NCBI GenBank assembly: GCA_049317385.1
Contig: JBMOIJ010000010.1
Location: 527-64,526, forward strand
DNA from: Acidimicrobiia bacterium
GTDB lineage: Bacteria; Actinomycetota; Acidimicrobiia; IMCC26256; JBMOIJ01
Reading direction: 5' to 3'
DNA: 64,000 nt
Below are positions 27,221 through 37,932 of the stretch, piece after piece. How positions within the stretch are numbered: position 1 is the stretch's first letter; each line of letters begins with the position of its first letter. Below the pieces are notes generated by a model, which was not told the DNA's origin, did no database searches, and was given only the letters and a program-made list of their open reading frames with translations. The position numbers and the translations under genes were made by a program.

Positions 27221-28294
27221 ATGACCGAGCGCACGCGGGTTCTCTTGCTCTTCGGCGGTCGTTCGGCCGAGCACGAGGTGTCGTGCATCAGTGCGGTGGC
27301 TGCGGCCCGCGCCCTCGACCCTGCTCGCTACGAGGTCACTCCGGTCGGCATCACGCTTGATGGCCGGTTCCTGTTGTCCGGCGCAGCGAAAGCCGCCATC
27401 GAGGCCGGCGCCGACGTTCTGCCGCGCGCGTTCGTTGCCGAGGGAGAACCCGTCGCGCTCGAGGACATTGCGAACGGCGCGCTCGGGGTCGATGTCGTGT
27501 TCCCGCTGTTGCACGGGCCTTACGGGGAGGACGGCACGGTGCAGGGATTGTTCGAGCTCTTCGACCTGCCGTACGTGGGTTCCGGAGTGCTCGGCTCGGC
27601 AGTCGGCATGGACAAAGTGATGATGAAGGTCGCCATCGAATCGGCCGGTTTGCCGGTTCCAAAGTGGCGCGCGTTTCGCGAGTGGGACGTCTCGGTGGCG
27701 GCGCTCGACGATGCCGTGCGCGACCTGGGGCTGCCAGTGTTCGTGAAGCCCGCGAATATGGGCTCGTCGGTTGGCATCACGAAAGCGCACGACCGGGCCG
27801 AGCTCGAAGCGGCCGTGCAGCTTGCGCTCACTTTCGACGAGTGGGTGATCGTCGAAGAAGCCATCGATGCGCGTGAAGTCGAGGTCGCAGTACTCGGAGA
27901 CCACCCGGTAGAGGCGTCGGCGCCCGGCGAGATCGTGCCCGGCGACGAGTTCTACAGCTACGCCGACAAGTACCTCGACGACAATGCGCAGCTGCTTGCG
28001 CCGGCGCCACTCACGCCGGAACAGACCGACGAAGTGCGCGCGCTGGCTATCAAGGTGTTCGAGGCGTGTCGGGCCGACGCGATGGCACGGGTCGACTTCC
28101 TCATGGAACGCACCACTGGCACGTTCTACGTGAACGAGATCAACACCATCCCTGGGTTCACGCCCATCTCGATGTTCCCGCGGCTCTGGCAGGAGAGCGG
28201 CGTGACGTATCCCGAACTGCTCGACCGGCTCATCCGTTTGGCGTTCGAACGCCATGGCCGCCGCGCCAAGCGCGCGGGCCGCCCCCGCGACTGA
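27221..28294 (+). CDS. ddl: D-alanine--D-alanine ligase
   Basis: FGGRSAEHEVS, HGPYGEDG, KPANMGSSVG, YSYADKY and NEINTIPGFT. Confidence 0.97.
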   Translation: MTERTRVLLLFGGRSAEHEVSCISAVAAARALDPARYEVTPVGITLDGRFLLSGAAKAAIEAGADVLPRAFVAEGEPVALEDIANGALGVDVVFPLLHGPYGEDGTVQGLFELFDLPYVGSGVLGSAVGMDKVMMKVAIESAGLPVPKWRAFREWDVSVAALDDAVRDLGLPVFVKPANMGSSVGITKAHDRAELEAAVQLALTFDEWVIVEEAIDAREVEVAVLGDHPVEASAPGEIVPGDEFYSYADKYLDDNAQLLAPAPLTPEQTDEVRALAIKVFEACRADAMARVDFLMERTTGTFYVNEINTIPGFTPISMFPRLWQESGVTYPELLDRLIRLAFERHGRRAKRAGRPRD

Positions 28295-28516
28295 CGGTTA
28301 GCGAATCGACACGCCGCTGGTGGGTGGCACCGGCCGGAACTTTGGATCATCCAACTCGGTCGTCTTGCGGCCGGGGGGCTGCAAGATGCCCTCAGGCACC
28401 GAGGCCAGCTTCGAAAGCTTGAGAAACAGTTTTTCTCGGTTCCGCGCCATGCCCGCGAGTGTGGCTGGAACGTCCGAAACCGGTCAAAACCCCCAGACGC
28501 TTACCTATGACCTGGG

Positions 28517-28557
28517 GCGTTTTTCACCTGCATATATGACAGTGAGAAACGCCTCGG
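28517..28557. repeat. REP-like palindrome, family B
   Basis: GCGTTTTTCA...CATATATG...TGAGAAACGC-CTCGG, related to 14047-14087. Confidence 0.65.
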
Positions 28558-28561
28558 TTGG

Positions 28562-30379
28562 TTAGGTGAGGCGGGTGCTGAGGGCGTCGAGCTCGTCGTG
28601 CAGGCGGGCCGGAACCTTGGTGCCGAAGCGACCGAAGTGCTCGTGAATGAGCGGGATCTCGCGCTGCCACTCGTCGGCATCGACGCGCAGCACCGCTTCG
28701 AGCTGCTCCTCGGAGAGGTCGAGTCCCTCCAGGTTGAGGTCGACGGCCTTGGGCACCACGCCGATGGCGGTTTCCTCGCCGCCCACCTGGTTGCCCACGC
28801 GCCGGAAGATCCACTCGAGCACGCGACTGTTCTCGCCGTAGCCGGGCCAGAGGAACTTGCCGTCGGCGTCCTTGCGGAACCAGTTCACGCCGTAGATGCG
28901 CGGGAGCTTGGACCGGTCGGTGCGTTCGGGCATGGTGAGCCAGTGCGCCCAGTAGCCGGCCATGTTGTACCCGCAGAACGGCAGCATCGCGAACGGGTCA
29001 CGGCGCACTTCGCCGAGACCACCCACTGCGGCGGCGGTCTTCTCGCTCGCCATGGTGGAACCAACGAACACGCCGTGTTCCCAGTCGCGTGACTCGAACA
29101 CCAACGGCACGGTGGACGCGCGTCGCCCGCCGAAGAGGATGGCGTCGATGGGCACCCCTGCGGGGTCTTCCCACTCGGGTGCGATCACCGGGCACTGCGA
29201 TGCCGGCGCGGTGAAGCGCGCGTTCGGGTGCGCGGCGGGTGTGCCTGATTCAGGCGTCCAGTCGTGGCCCTTCCAGTCGATGAGGTGCGCGGGTGGTTCC
29301 GACATCTCTTCCCACCACACATCGCCGTCGTCGGTGAGACCGACGTTGGTGAACACCGAGTTCTCGGTCATCGACAACATGGCGTTCGGGTTGGTGTGCA
29401 TGTTCGTGCCCGGGGCCACGCCGAAGAATCCGAACTCGGGGTTGATGGCGTGCAGGCGGCCGTCGGGGCCGAACTTCATCCACGCGATGTCGTCACCGAT
29501 GGTTTCGACCTTCCAGCCCGGCACGGTGGGCACCAACATCGCGAGGTTGGTCTTGCCGCAGGCACTGGGGAACGCGGCCGCCACGTACTTGACGGCGCCC
29601 TCGGGGTTGGTGAGCTTCAAGATGAGCATGTGCTCGGCGAGCCAGCCCTCGTCGCGCGCGATCACGCTGGCGATGCGCAGCGCGAAGCACTTCTTGCCCA
29701 ACAATGCGTTGCCGCCGTAGCCCGAGCCGTAGCTCCAGATCTCGCGCGTCTCGGGGAAGTGCACGATGTACTTGGTTTCGTTGCACGGCCAAGCCACGTC
29801 GGCCTGTCCGTCGGCGAGCGGCGCACCCACGCTGTGCATGCAGGGAACGAACGAACCGTCGGTACCCAACACGTCGAGCGCGCCCGCGCCCATGCGCGTC
29901 ATGGTGCGCATGCTGAGAGCAACGTACGGGGAGTCGGTGATCTCGACGCCGATGTAACTGAGCGGCGAACCGAGCGGCCCCATGCTGAATGGCACCACGT
30001 ACATGGTGCGACCGCGCATGGCGTCGTCGAAGAGGTCCTGGAGGGTGACGCGCATTTCGGCCGGCGCCATCCAGTTGTTCGTGGGCCCGGCTTCGTCTTC
30101 GTGTTCAGAACAGATGTACGTGCGATCTTCGACCCGGGCAACGTCGCCGGGATCCGAGTGCGCCCAGTACGAGTTGGGGCGCTTCTCGGGGTTGAGGGGG
30201 ACGAACGTGCCGGCGGCCACCAGCCGCTGCGCGAGTTCGGTTGCTTCGTCGGCTGAGCCGTCGCACCAGACAACCTGCCCGGGGGAAGCGAGTGCTGCCA
30301 TCTGGTCGACCCAGGCGAGCAGGGCTTCGTGGGCGACCTCGATCGATCCGCCCGTGACCGTGGGAACCGTACGTGCCAT
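28562..30379 (-). CDS. pckG: Phosphoenolpyruvate carboxykinase (GTP)
   Basis: [36 protein letters not shown] and [12 protein letters not shown]. Leaderless (TACGAT, 6 nt before the ATG). Confidence 0.97.
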   Translation of the reverse strand: MARTVPTVTGGSIEVAHEALLAWVDQMAALASPGQVVWCDGSADEATELAQRLVAAGTFVPLNPEKRPNSYWAHSDPGDVARVEDRTYICSEHEDEAGPTNNWMAPAEMRVTLQDLFDDAMRGRTMYVVPFSMGPLGSPLSYIGVEITDSPYVALSMRTMTRMGAGALDVLGTDGSFVPCMHSVGAPLADGQADVAWPCNETKYIVHFPETREIWSYGSGYGGNALLGKKCFALRIASVIARDEGWLAEHMLILKLTNPEGAVKYVAAAFPSACGKTNLAMLVPTVPGWKVETIGDDIAWMKFGPDGRLHAINPEFGFFGVAPGTNMHTNPNAMLSMTENSVFTNVGLTDDGDVWWEEMSEPPAHLIDWKGHDWTPESGTPAAHPNARFTAPASQCPVIAPEWEDPAGVPIDAILFGGRRASTVPLVFESRDWEHGVFVGSTMASEKTAAAVGGLGEVRRDPFAMLPFCGYNMAGYWAHWLTMPERTDRSKLPRIYGVNWFRKDADGKFLWPGYGENSRVLEWIFRRVGNQVGGEETAIGVVPKAVDLNLEGLDLSEEQLEAVLRVDADEWQREIPLIHEHFGRFGTKVPARLHDELDALSTRLT

Positions 30380-30451
30380 GACGGGATCGTACCGGCGGAG
30401 CAAGGGGAGGATTCCATTCGACGCCGACCGCCGCTGGCTGACCCCATCGGT

Positions 30452-30703
30452 ATGCGGAGCCCGGCCCTGTTCGCCCTCGACGTGCTGGTCGTGGTGGTCA
30501 CCGTGGTGGTCTGCGCCCAGCCGCTCGTGGCGCTCTTCGGTGTGGGCGTAGTGCATGGACTGGCCGAAACCCGCCGAGCGTGGCTCGCTGCCGACGGCGT
30601 GACTAGCTTCGACGGCCGAATCCAAGTGGTTTCGAACCTGCAGTTCGCCGGGCTGATGGTGGCGGCAGCGGCGTTGGCCGGAGTCGCGTTCGGTTACGTA
30701 TGA
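30452..30703 (+). CDS. Small hypothetical membrane protein
   Basis: 83-aa hydrophobic ORF filling the gap between pckG and the next gene. Confidence 0.5.
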   Translation: MRSPALFALDVLVVVVTVVVCAQPLVALFGVGVVHGLAETRRAWLAADGVTSFDGRIQVVSNLQFAGLMVAAAALAGVAFGYV

Positions 30704-30729
30704 GTGGTCTGGCTGACCGGCCGAGGTGA

Positions 30730-30957
30730 TCAGACGTGCGCGGTGGGGCCGGCGAGGTCGGCCTCGGCGCCCGAGCGCACGTTGATGGCCTGACCGGCGC
30801 CATTGAGTTCGAAGACCACCCGCTGCCCTTGGCGGAGCGTGCGGAAGATGGACCCTTCGAGCGCCCCCGGGGCAATGGCAATCTGGGCCCGGTCGGTGTC
30901 GGCGATGACCACGCCTTCCGCAGTCTGCGGGTCGTAGGCGAGGACGACGCCTTGCAT
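30730..30957 (-). CDS. Small cold-shock-like OB-fold protein
   Basis: [10 protein letters not shown]...GVV...[13 protein letters not shown] resembles the CSD fold without RNP aromatics. TGATG overlap with rpmB. Confidence 0.7.
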   Translation of the reverse strand: MQGVVLAYDPQTAEGVVIADTDRAQIAIAPGALEGSIFRTLRQGQRVVFELNGAGQAINVRSGAEADLAGPTAHV

Positions 30958-31169
30958 CAGGAGGCAGCCTTCGGGGTGCTGACGCGCTTCTCGACCTTGC
31001 CGGCCTTCAGGCACGCGGTGCACACGTTGAGCCGCTTGGGCGCGCCGTTCACCACCGCGCGAATGCGGCGGATGTTCGGGTCCCAGCGGCGCTTGGTGCG
31101 GCGGTGGGAGTGGGAGAGCTGCATGCCGAAGCGGGGGCTCTTCCCGCACACGTCGCATACCGATGCCAT
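30957..31169 (-). CDS. rpmB: 50S ribosomal protein L28 (Zn-binding form)
   Basis: CDVCGK...[15 protein letters not shown]...[11 protein letters not shown]. Confidence 0.97.
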   Translation of the reverse strand: MASVCDVCGKSPRFGMQLSHSHRRTKRRWDPNIRRIRAVVNGAPKRLNVCTACLKAGKVEKRVSTPKAAS

Positions 31170-31306
31170 CAGACCTGTTCCTCGCTCGACGGCCGAACGG
31201 TTCGACCGGAACTCCATGGGACCGGGAGAGGGTAGCAGTTCGGCTCCCGGAGCGGGCTGGGGTGGCTCCGAAGGAGCGGCGCCGCTTCGCCTACGCTCGA
31301 CCGCCG

Positions 31307-32956
31307 ATGCCGGTCGACGCTCCCAGTGCCATTGATGCCGCCGTCTTCCGTTCGGTGGTGCTGCGCTATCGCGAGGTGCTACGCGCCCACCAGGAAGAGC
31401 TGAACCGTCTCAACGTCTACCCGGTGCCCGACGGCGACACGGGCACGAACATGGCCCTCACCATCGAATCGGTGGTTGGCGAACTCAACGGCGCCGGCGA
31501 CGGCATGGAGTCGGTCTGCAAGGCCGTGGCCCACGGGTCACTCATGGGGGCCCGCGGCAACTCGGGTGTCATCCTTTCCCAGATCCTGCGCGGCGTGGCC
31601 GAGGTGTTCAGCCCGCTGCAGGTGGCCGAGGTGCCTCAGGTGGTGGCAGCGCTGCGCCGGGCCGCCGATGCGGCGTACCAAGCGGTCATGCGTCCGGTGG
31701 AAGGCACCATCCTCACGGTGGCGCGTCTCTCGGCCGAGGGCGCTGAAGCGGTGGCCACCACCGTCACCGACGTGCAGTCGTTGCTCGAGCACGTTTCCAG
31801 AACCGCGCACGACGCAGTGTCACACACGCCCGACCTGTTGCCGGCGTTGAAGGACGCTGGCGTGGTCGACGCCGGCGGGCGTGGGTTCGCGCTCTTCGTC
31901 GACACGATGCTCGAAGTGCTGGGTGGACCGGCCGTCCCCGAACCCGAAGTCGTCATTGGTGGCGCGAAGTACATCGAAGGCGAAGGCGTCGGCGACGACG
32001 TCGGCGACTTGCGCTACGAGGTGATGTACCTGCTCGACGCCGCCGACGAAACCATTGCGGGTTTCCGTGATGCGTGGGCGGCCATCGGCGACTCCATCGT
32101 GGTGGTGGGCGGCGACGGGCTCTGGAACTGCCACGTGCACACCAATGAAATCGGTGCCGCCATCGAGGCCGGCATCGAAGCCGGCACTCCGCGGCGCATC
32201 CGCGTCACCGACCTCTTTGAACAAGTCGAGCACCTCGAGCACCACGAACCGAACTGGGCCGAGGTCGACGGCGATGCACCGGCCACGGAACTTCCGCACG
32301 TGGCCACTGCGGTCGTTGCGGTTGCGGTCGGTACCGGCTTGCAGCGGTTGTTCCGCAGCCTCGGCGTGCAGCGCGTCATTGCGGGTGGGCAGTCCATGAA
32401 CCCGTCCACCGCGCAGATCCTCGACGCCGTACGCGAGTGCAACGCCGATTCGGTCATCGTGTTGCCGAACAACAAGAACATCATCCCGGTCGCCGAGCAG
32501 GTCGACGAACTCGCCGACATCCCAGTGCACGTGGTGCCCACCAAGTCGGTCATCGAAGGGCTCGCCGCGCTGGTGGCCTACGACCCCGAAGCCGTGGGCA
32601 CCGCGAACCTCGATCGATTGTGGGGTGCCGCGGAACATGTGTGCACCGGCGAGATCACCCAAGCCGTGCGCGCGAGTTCGGCCGAGTGTGGTCCCATCGC
32701 GGAAGGCGATTGGATCGGCGTGGAACGCGACGGCATCCACGTGTGTGCGAGCAACGTGATCGATGCGCTCACTGCGCTCGTCGACCGCATGGTCGATGAC
32801 GACTCCGAGATCGTCACCGTCATCGTTGGTGCCGACGCGCACGCCGGTGACACGCGGCTCCTCGAAGAGCACGTGCAGAGCCAACACCCGCACGTCGAGG
32901 TCGAGGTGCACGACGGCGGCCAGCCGTTGTACCCATTCCTCGTCGGCGTCGAGTGA
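31307..32956 (+). CDS. DAK2 domain protein (YloV/FakA fatty acid kinase-like)
   Basis: [38 protein letters not shown] and GGQPLY. Confidence 0.93.
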   Translation: MPVDAPSAIDAAVFRSVVLRYREVLRAHQEELNRLNVYPVPDGDTGTNMALTIESVVGELNGAGDGMESVCKAVAHGSLMGARGNSGVILSQILRGVAEVFSPLQVAEVPQVVAALRRAADAAYQAVMRPVEGTILTVARLSAEGAEAVATTVTDVQSLLEHVSRTAHDAVSHTPDLLPALKDAGVVDAGGRGFALFVDTMLEVLGGPAVPEPEVVIGGAKYIEGEGVGDDVGDLRYEVMYLLDAADETIAGFRDAWAAIGDSIVVVGGDGLWNCHVHTNEIGAAIEAGIEAGTPRRIRVTDLFEQVEHLEHHEPNWAEVDGDAPATELPHVATAVVAVAVGTGLQRLFRSLGVQRVIAGGQSMNPSTAQILDAVRECNADSVIVLPNNKNIIPVAEQVDELADIPVHVVPTKSVIEGLAALVAYDPEAVGTANLDRLWGAAEHVCTGEITQAVRASSAECGPIAEGDWIGVERDGIHVCASNVIDALTALVDRMVDDDSEIVTVIVGADAHAGDTRLLEEHVQSQHPHVEVEVHDGGQPLYPFLVGVE

Positions 32957-35118
32957 TCTCGGGCGCAGCAGCCGGCGCGGGCGAACCGAAGTCGTTACGC
33001 GAGCTCCGTCAGATCGGCGTCGACCGCCTGAAAGGGGCGGGGCCCAAGGTCACGGAACGGCTCGCCTCCATGGGTATCGAGACACTGCTCGACCTGCTGC
33101 AGCACTATCCCCGTCGCTATCTCGATCGTACGAAGCGCGCGTCGATCGCCGAACTCGCGCCGGGCGACGAGGCCACGGTGTTTGCGGAAGTGGTGCGCAT
33201 CTCTGGTCGGCGTACGCGCAACGGGCGCGCGCTGGTGGAAGCAGTGGTCGAAGAGCAGGGCACGCGTCTCTATGTCACGTTCTTCAACCAGGCGTGGCGT
33301 GAGCGGCAGCTCCCGGTGGGCACGGAGGCCGCGTTCTTCGGCAAGGTCGAAGACCGCAACGGGCGTCGACAGATGACCAATCCGGTCGTCGACGTGGTGG
33401 GCCTGGCGGGTGAACCGAAGACCGACACCATCGTGCCGCTCTATCCGCAGTCGGCGAAGGCCGAGGTCACCACCTGGCAGTTGCACAAGTTGGTGGCCGA
33501 AGCGTTGCGCCGCGTCGCCGGCTTTCGTGATCCGGTGCCCAGTGAGGTTCGCAGCGATCTGCACCTCGTTGATCGCACCGCCGCCTATCGCGGGATCCAT
33601 CGTCCGCAGGACATGCGCGAGATGCTCGTAGCTGCGCATCGGTTGAAGTTCGACGAGTTCTTCCGCATGCAAGTGGGTCTGGTGGCGCGCAAGCGCGCCC
33701 TCGAAGCGGATCGCAAGGGCATCGAGCACGTGAAGGACGCGCCGTTGTTGCACTCCTTTCACGCGCAGCTGCCCTATGAGCTCACCGGTGATCAGCAGCG
33801 CGCCATCGGCGACATCGAGCGCGACATGGCGCGGCCCGTTCCGATGCACCGCTTGCTGCAAGGTGACGTGGGGTCCGGTAAGACCGTCGTGGCGCTGAGC
33901 GCGCTCATGATCGCGATCCAGGGCGGCCACCAGGGCGCGCTGATGGCGCCGACTGAGGTGCTGGCCGAACAGCACTATCTCGGCAGCATGAAGTTGCTCG
34001 ATGGGCTCGCGGTCGAGTCGGGCACCGAGAATCTCTTCGGTGCGCGGCCCGTTCGGGTTGCGCTGCTCACCAACCGCACCACGGCGGCCGAGCGCCGTGC
34101 GATCCATCGAGACCTGGAGGCGGGCGACCTCGACATCGTGATCGGCACGCACGCGCTTCTCTATGGCGACTTGCCGTGGAAGCACCTCGGCTTAGTCGTG
34201 ATCGACGAACAACATCGGTTCGGTGTGGAGCAACGCGCAGTCCTGGCGTCGCACGTGGGGAGCGACGGGCGCACGCCCGACGTGTTGGTGATGACCGCAA
34301 CCCCCATTCCTCGCACCGCGGGCATGTTGATCTACGGCGACCTCGACAAGACCGAACTGCGCGAGCTGCCGCCCGGGCGTACGCCCATCGTTACCGAACA
34401 CGTCGAAGAGGGAGGAACGGGCGCGCATCGTGCCTACGAGTTGCTGCGCAACGAAGTTGCGGACGGGCACCAGGGGTACGTGGTGTGCCCGTTGGTCGAA
34501 GGCTCCGAAAAGGTCGAGGCCAAAGCCGCCACCGAGGAGTACGAACGGCTTGCGGCCGAGGAACTCGAAGGGTTGCGAGTGGGCCTGCTGCATGGGCAGA
34601 TGAAGGCGCCCGACAAAGAAGCGGTGATGCGGTCGTTTCGCGATCACGATCTCGACGTGTTGGTGTCGACCACGGTGATCGAAGTCGGGGTCGACGTCCC
34701 GAACGCCACCGTGATGATCATCGAGGATGCGGATCGCTTCGGGCTCTCGCAGCTCCATCAGCTCCGGGGTCGCGTGGGGCGCGGGGCGGCGAAGAGCTAC
34801 TGCTATCTGGTGGCCACTCCCACCACCCCGGACGGCGAGGCGCGGCTCGAAGCAATGGTCGAGAGCACCGACGGGTTCCTGCTCGCCGAGCGAGACCTCG
34901 AGATTCGTGGAGCGGGCGAGGTGTTCGGTGAGCGCCAGGCCGGGCTGGGCGACCTCAAGCTGGGACGCATTCCGCGCGACGAAGAGATCGTGGTGGCGGC
35001 CCGGGCGGCGGCCGAGCGCGTGCTCGAGGGCGATCCAACGTTGCGGGCGCAACGCGACCTGGCCGATGAAGTGGAAGATCTGCTGGGCGACGACGTCGAG
35101 TTCCTGTTCAAGAATTGA
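32953..35118 (+). CDS. recG: ATP-dependent DNA helicase RecG
   Basis: QGDVGSGKT, DEQHRFG, MTATPIPRT and QLHQLRGRVGRG. Confidence 0.97.
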   Translation: MISGAAAGAGEPKSLRELRQIGVDRLKGAGPKVTERLASMGIETLLDLLQHYPRRYLDRTKRASIAELAPGDEATVFAEVVRISGRRTRNGRALVEAVVEEQGTRLYVTFFNQAWRERQLPVGTEAAFFGKVEDRNGRRQMTNPVVDVVGLAGEPKTDTIVPLYPQSAKAEVTTWQLHKLVAEALRRVAGFRDPVPSEVRSDLHLVDRTAAYRGIHRPQDMREMLVAAHRLKFDEFFRMQVGLVARKRALEADRKGIEHVKDAPLLHSFHAQLPYELTGDQQRAIGDIERDMARPVPMHRLLQGDVGSGKTVVALSALMIAIQGGHQGALMAPTEVLAEQHYLGSMKLLDGLAVESGTENLFGARPVRVALLTNRTTAAERRAIHRDLEAGDLDIVIGTHALLYGDLPWKHLGLVVIDEQHRFGVEQRAVLASHVGSDGRTPDVLVMTATPIPRTAGMLIYGDLDKTELRELPPGRTPIVTEHVEEGGTGAHRAYELLRNEVADGHQGYVVCPLVEGSEKVEAKAATEEYERLAAEELEGLRVGLLHGQMKAPDKEAVMRSFRDHDLDVLVSTTVIEVGVDVPNATVMIIEDADRFGLSQLHQLRGRVGRGAAKSYCYLVATPTTPDGEARLEAMVESTDGFLLAERDLEIRGAGEVFGERQAGLGDLKLGRIPRDEEIVVAARAAAERVLEGDPTLRAQRDLADEVEDLLGDDVEFLFKN

Positions 35119-35138
35119 CCGAGAGTCCGAGGAGGCCC

Positions 35139-36170
35139 ATGCGCACACCGAACCGCCCCCGTGGCGCGGCGCGTCGAGCGCCGCTCACTGCTATGCGTCG
35201 AGCGCCGCTCACTGGTATGCGTCGAGCCGCGCTGATCGGCGCGCTCGCGTGCGCGTTGGCACTCGTCGGGTGCAGCGGAGGTGGCAAGGGCGGCGCGGTC
35301 ACCACCTCCGTCCAGGTCGTCACCACGGTTCCCGAGCTGGTGGGCGGCGATGCGATCTTCCGCAATGACTCGGCCAAGCCGCTCGACCCGCAGCGTTCCA
35401 GTAACGGGAAGTACGAGCAGGTCTCGTTCCTTGCGAACGATGGTCAACGCATTCCGGGCCTGCTCGCGTTGCCGGCGAACGCAACGGGCCCGTATCCGTG
35501 TGTCGTGGTGCAACACGGCCTCGACAGCAGCAAGGCCGATGCCGTGCAGTTCCTCGACACCATCAACAACGCAGGGTCCGGAGCAATTGCGATTGACGCG
35601 CGAATCCATGGCGATCGCGGCACGCGTGCGCAGCGGGAAGCGGCATTCAAGGATCCGGCGGCCATGCGCGACGTGTTGGTGGCTTCCGTGCGCGACCTTC
35701 GACGCACGCTCGACTACCTCGCAACCATTCCGCAGTGCGACCCCACGCGCACCGGATATCTCGGGTTCAGTCTGGGGGCCATCATGGGGGCGATGGTCAG
35801 CGGTGTCGACACCAGGGTTCACGCGGCGGCGTTGCTGTCGGGTGGGGGAGATTGGGACGTCATGCTTGCGGGCACATCGAACCCGTTCCTGCAGAGCTAC
35901 AAGAACCCTGCGAAACGTGCGCAGGCGGTGCAGATGCTCGCCCCAATCGATCCCGACGTCTGGATTCCGAAGATGGCGGGACGGTCGGTGTTCTTCGCGA
36001 ACGGGACGCGTGACGACGTGATCGTTCCGGCGAGCGCTCGTGCGTTGCACGACGCGGCGAAGGACCCGAAGCAGGTCGTGTGGTGGGACGGCGGTCACTC
36101 GCCCGAGGGGCTGCAGGTCGCCACCACGTTCAATGCGCTGGTGCAGTGGTACCAAGCGAACTTTTCGTGA
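35139..36170 (+). CDS. Alpha/beta-hydrolase lipoprotein (esterase/dienelactone hydrolase-like)
   Basis: Lipobox LVGC, GFSLG nucleophile elbow, GTRDD and GGH. The start is ambiguous (35139/35193/35217). Confidence 0.85.
   Translation: MRTPNRPRGAARRAPLTAMRRAPLTGMRRAALIGALACALALVGCSGGGKGGAVTTSVQVVTTVPELVGGDAIFRNDSAKPLDPQRSSNGKYEQVSFLANDGQRIPGLLALPANATGPYPCVVVQHGLDSSKADAVQFLDTINNAGSGAIAIDARIHGDRGTRAQREAAFKDPAAMRDVLVASVRDLRRTLDYLATIPQCDPTRTGYLGFSLGAIMGAMVSGVDTRVHAAALLSGGGDWDVMLAGTSNPFLQSYKNPAKRAQAVQMLAPIDPDVWIPKMAGRSVFFANGTRDDVIVPASARALHDAAKDPKQVVWWDGGHSPEGLQVATTFNALVQWYQANFS
35171..35227 (+). repeat. In-frame 24-bp tandem repeat (about 2.4 copies) in the signal-peptide region
   Basis: GCGTCGAGCGCCGCTCACTGCTAT / GCGTCGAGCGCCGCTCACTGGTAT / GCGTCGAGC. 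Confidence 0.9.
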
Positions 36171-36192
36171 CGCTGCGTCGATCGGATCTGCG

Positions 36193-36759
36193 ATGAGTGC
36201 CGGGGTGCGGGTGATCGCCGGCGAGTTCCGCGGTCGGCGATTGCGCGTACCGGCTGGTATCCGCCCCACGGGTGATCGGGTGCGTGAAGCGATCTTCTCG
36301 GCGGTGGGCAACCGCTTGCACGATGGCGTGGTGCTCGACGGTTACTCGGGCACCGGCGCGTTCTCGATCGAATCGTTGTCGCGGGGAGCGTACGTTTCGG
36401 TCGCAGTCGAGCAGGACGCGCGCGTGGCGAAGGTTCTGGCCGAGAACGTTGCGCTCGTCGATCTCGGCGACCGGGTGCGCGTCGAACGGCGTGATGTCGA
36501 GCGATTCGTGGCGGCGGCACCGCCTGCGGAGGCTCCGTTCGATCTGGTGTTCCTCGATCCGCCCTATGACGTTGCGAGCGAGACCGTTGAGCGGGTGCTT
36601 CACGCGCTGGCCGCTCCGGGGTGGCTGCAACCCGATGCAATGGTGGTCGTGGAGCGCTCGTCCCGCAGTCGGGAGCCGGTGCTGCCGACTGGCTGGGAGA
36701 TCCACTGGTTGCGGACCTACGGGGATACGCTCGTCCTGATGGCAACGACGCCTCGCTGA
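36193..36759 (+). CDS. rsmD: 16S rRNA m2G966 methyltransferase
   Basis: RVIAGEFRGRRL, RPTGDRVREAIF and FLDPPY. Lies between recG and coaD. Confidence 0.93.
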   Translation: MSAGVRVIAGEFRGRRLRVPAGIRPTGDRVREAIFSAVGNRLHDGVVLDGYSGTGAFSIESLSRGAYVSVAVEQDARVAKVLAENVALVDLGDRVRVERRDVERFVAAAPPAEAPFDLVFLDPPYDVASETVERVLHALAAPGWLQPDAMVVVERSSRSREPVLPTGWEIHWLRTYGDTLVLMATTPR

Positions 36760-36810
36760 GGTCTCGTCGCCGGTCACCGAGTCCGCTCAACGAGGGAACA
36801 CCACGCTGCC

Positions 36811-37296
36811 GTGAGGATTGCGCTCTGCCCAGGGTCCTTCGACCCGGTCACCAACGGGCACATCGACATCATCGAACGCACCGCTGGTCTGTTCGACCAG
36901 GTGATCGTCGCGGTGATTCGTAACCCCCAGAAGAGCGAACCACTCTTCACGCTCGAAGAGCGCCAGGACATGCTCACCGAGGTGGTGGCGCATCTTCCCA
37001 ATGTGCGCATCGAGTTCTTCAAGGGTCTGTTGGTTGACTTCGCGCAGGATCATGGCGCATCGGCCATCGTGAAGGGCCTGCGCGCCGTGTCCGACTATGA
37101 GTACGAGATGCAGATGGCGCAGATGAACCGCAGTCTCTCGGGAATTGAAACCGTGTTCGTGACCACGTCGCCGCGCTACTCGTTCTTGTCGTCGAGTCTG
37201 GTGCGCGAGATCGCGCGTTTCGGTGGCGACGTGTCCAAGCTGGTGCCGGAGGTCGTGAACGGCCGATTGCACGAGCGCTTCGGAAAGGGATCGTGA
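36811..37296 (+). CDS. coaD: Pantetheine-phosphate adenylyltransferase
   Basis: CPGSFDPVTNGH, KGLRAVSDY and SSSLVRE. Confidence 0.97.
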   Translation: MRIALCPGSFDPVTNGHIDIIERTAGLFDQVIVAVIRNPQKSEPLFTLEERQDMLTEVVAHLPNVRIEFFKGLLVDFAQDHGASAIVKGLRAVSDYEYEMQMAQMNRSLSGIETVFVTTSPRYSFLSSSLVREIARFGGDVSKLVPEVVNGRLHERFGKGS

Positions 37297-37300
37297 CGCA

Positions 37301-37843
37301 ATGAACGAAGCCAACTTCGAAACGGTCGACGTGGAAGACCTGTTGTTGCAGCTGCGCGAGATCGTCGAGAGCGCGCGCTCGGTTCCCATGTCGGCATCGG
37401 TGATGGTCAACCAGGACGAGTTGCTCGGTCTGCTCGACGACATCTCGGCCGGTCTGCCCGAAGAACTGCGGCGCGCCCGGTGGTTGCTGAAGGAGCGCGA
37501 GGAGTTCCTCACCCAGGCTCGGCGTGAGGCCGACGACATCATCGAGTCGGCCCGCGTGCAGGCCGCGAAGATGGTGGAGCGCACCGAGATCGTGCGCGAG
37601 GCCCGTCGGACCAGTCAGCAGGTGGTCGACGACGCCGATGCCACTGCCCGCCAGCTCAAGCATGAGGCCGAGGACTACATCGATCAGAAGCTCGCCAGCT
37701 TCGAGGTGGTCCTGGAGCGCACCATGCAGACGGTCCAGAAGGGCCGCGAGCGCTTGCAGGTGGTCATCGAGCCCGAGGCCGAGGCCGAGGCGGGCGAAGA
37801 CGAGCTCGACGGGGGCGCGTTCTTCGACCAGGACGCCGGCTAG
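37301..37843 (+). CDS. DivIVA/SepIVA-like coiled-coil protein
   Basis: ARSVPMSAS...LPEELRRARWLL coiled coil, in its usual position between coaD and yceD. Confidence 0.8.
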   Translation: MNEANFETVDVEDLLLQLREIVESARSVPMSASVMVNQDELLGLLDDISAGLPEELRRARWLLKEREEFLTQARREADDIIESARVQAAKMVERTEIVREARRTSQQVVDDADATARQLKHEAEDYIDQKLASFEVVLERTMQTVQKGRERLQVVIEPEAEAEAGEDELDGGAFFDQDAG

Positions 37844-37932
37844 CCGGTCCCGCACGCGCAGGCTGGGAGAATCTGGCAGCCTGCTAGCATCGCGCAGCCG
37901 TCCTGGCGGGGAAGTACCCCCGGCGCACGCCC

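Noticed and set aside
28517-28552. Chromosomal dif site
   Set aside because: No TTATGT(T/C)AA XerD arm is present, and a second copy exists at 14047.
35171-35227. Possible CRISPR array
   Set aside because: The 24-bp units are directly adjacent with no spacers and lie in frame within a gene. No cas genes are present.
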